Origin: a virus
DNA: 64,000 nucleotides
IMG/VR virus record: IMGVR_UViG_3300031673_000011
Location: 22,567 to 86,566 of that record
Direction: 5' to 3' (one strand)
Part shown: in pieces, positions 62,519 through 64,000 of the stretch
Position numbering within the stretch: the stretch's first letter is position 1
Layout: the number at the start of each line of letters is the position of its first letter
The notes under the pieces: generated by a model
What the model saw: only the letters and a program-made list of their open reading frames with translations
Told to the model about the DNA's origin: nothing
Database searches by the model: none
Translations under genes and position numbers: made by a program

Positions 62519-63726
62519 AAACTCCCTGCCTGATATAAACATCCAGTTGGAATGCTTAACATTTTATTTGCTGGGTCGTAAGACCAACAAGTTGATGGTG
62601 CTCCTGCTTCCCAAACTGCATAAATTGCCCAACCTGTACTTCCTGTATTTTGATTGCTAGTTTCACTACTTGGAAGAGTTGATGCAGTTTCACGATAACC
62701 TTGCGAACCTGCTACATAAGCGCTATCTGCATAAGTTGTAGTTGCAGTATTATCTAATTGAACTGCTAACCAATAAACTGTTTCTGCTGTAATTGTTATA
62801 TTTAAGCCTGTTCTAACTTTCCAACCTGCATCAGTTCCTTTTGCATTTGTTCTTGATACTCCAGAAAGAAGGCTACCCGGTCCAGTAGTTCCTTGATTAT
62901 CATCATAAACTCCTACCTCAAAATTAGACGCTTCTGTGGCAGTATCACACCACCAGCCTATTTCTATAATCTTTATTGCATTTGCTGGGCTTGTGTGTTT
63001 ACATGCTGTATAATAACCATCAAATACATTATTAGCAACACCACCAGGGTCATCCGTCGGTGCAGTTGTTACAAATCCACAATTTGTTCCTAAAACTAAT
63101 GCATGTTTATCTAATGTATTATTCAAAATACTTAATTGAACATCCATAAATTCTCCCCAAGCTAAATCTGTTTGTATTCCAAGAATTATCTTAGTTTTTG
63201 GAAGAACATCTAAAGGAACATAAGGCAACCAATCACCTTCTTTAGTCATATATACCCAAGTATAGTTCTTTTTATATGATTTATTATAATTAGGATTAAG
63301 AATTATTAAATCATTTACATCTATAAATCCACCATCTTTTAAAACAGATTCATTCTCTATACCTTGCCTCATATCAATAAACAAAACTTCTCCCAACATA
63401 TTTAATTTAGGTTTTGAAAAATTAGAAAATTCATACCATATAACAACTCTATCTTTTCCTGAAGTAATCTCTAAAGTTTCATTATAAGTTTTATGAGATA
63501 ATAATGTTACTAAACCTACTAATTCAGTTCCTTCTATAAACTCAATAATCATATTATCATTCGTATAATTAATTGTTATTGGTTCAACCAAACCAGCAGA
63601 AACTATTCCTTCTCCTATTATTTTATCCAATAAACTTATTCCACTTTCATTTTTATTTATAACTAAAAAACTCCCAAATAACAAAACCACAATTATCCCC
63701 AATATAACAATTAATTTATATTTCAT
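62515..63726 (-). CDS. membrane-anchored beta-rich structural protein
   Basis: N-terminal TM; Thr/Gly/Trp-rich C-terminal domain. Confidence 0.7.
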   Translation of the reverse strand: MKYKLIVILGIIVVLLFGSFLVINKNESGISLLDKIIGEGIVSAGLVEPITINYTNDNMIIEFIEGTELVGLVTLLSHKTYNETLEITSGKDRVVIWYEFSNFSKPKLNMLGEVLFIDMRQGIENESVLKDGGFIDVNDLIILNPNYNKSYKKNYTWVYMTKEGDWLPYVPLDVLPKTKIILGIQTDLAWGEFMDVQLSILNNTLDKHALVLGTNCGFVTTAPTDDPGGVANNVFDGYYTACKHTSPANAIKIIEIGWWCDTATEASNFEVGVYDDNQGTTGPGSLLSGVSRTNAKGTDAGWKVRTGLNITITAETVYWLAVQLDNTATTTYADSAYVAGSQGYRETASTLPSSETSNQNTGSTGWAIYAVWEAGAPSTCWSYDPANKMLSIPTGCLYQAGSL

Positions 63727-64000
63727 CCTTTGATAAACACTCCTGTAGCATTTCTACAAATTTCTCCTGAAACCATTCCACCACACGTATTTAAAGCAAG
63801 AATAATTCTGCTTCCAACTGATAAATTACTATTTGTTATATTCAAGTTTCCAGTCATTGTCCCGCCTGCAAGATTTAATTTAGTATTCAAAGCATTTGTT
63901 ACAGAAGTATTCTGAGCATTAATATAATTTGTCTGGCTTGTATTCTGAGCAGTCATTGTTGTATCAGCATAGTTCTTCATTGAAATATTAATAGCATTTA
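63723..64000 (-). CDS. C-terminus of a fibre-like structural protein (runs off the window)
   Basis: AQNTS repeats and KLNLAGGTMTGNL fibre motif. Confidence 0.6.
   Translation of the reverse strand, partial: NAINISMKNYADTTMTAQNTSQTNYINAQNTSVTNALNTKLNLAGGTMTGNLNITNSNLSVGSRIILALNTCGGMVSGEICRNATGVFIKG

Larger units (their letters stand above)
1..64000. mobile_element. Segment of a large archaeal virus genome (probably spindle-shaped/enveloped, DPANN-like host)
   Basis: Dense small hypothetical ORFs, two converging gene blocks, SSV1-VP1-like proteins, archaeal BRE-TATA promoters, no cellular housekeeping genes. Confidence 0.75.

Noticed and set aside
1-64000. tRNA/rRNA genes, alternative genetic code, head-tail virion module
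   Set aside because: No cloverleaf or rRNA-like segment noticed by eye; genes are intact in the standard code with all three stop codons used; no terminase, portal or HK97 motifs recognised

Overview
Very AT-rich, gene-dense segment that looks like part of a large archaeal virus genome, probably infecting a DPANN host (Pacearchaeota/Woesearchaeota-like; inferred). Evidence: archaeal BRE/TATA promoters, an archaeal S-layer gene, three proteins resembling spindle-shaped-virus major capsid proteins, and no ribosomal or other housekeeping genes. Genes run mostly on + from 1 to ~38.9 kb (small ORFs, recombinase, MTase, ParB, RNA ligase, S-layer, glycan-modifying enzymes, LemA, DAC, endonuclease). 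They run on - from ~39 kb to the end (helicase-HNH, membrane/virion proteins, GDP-sugar cluster). The standout is 9198-10024: a stand-alone Cas7/RAMP-like gene followed by two hairpin-bounded non-coding units built from a strict 5-nt (GGT-NN)n code, a candidate RNA-guided system with non-contiguous guides. Other highlights: two conserved promoter classes (~17 and 5 copies), a mosaic array of small genes made of shuffled DNA blocks at 13.1-16.7 kb, and a degenerate integrase-HNH fusion. All family calls come from motif recognition by eye; no database searches were run.
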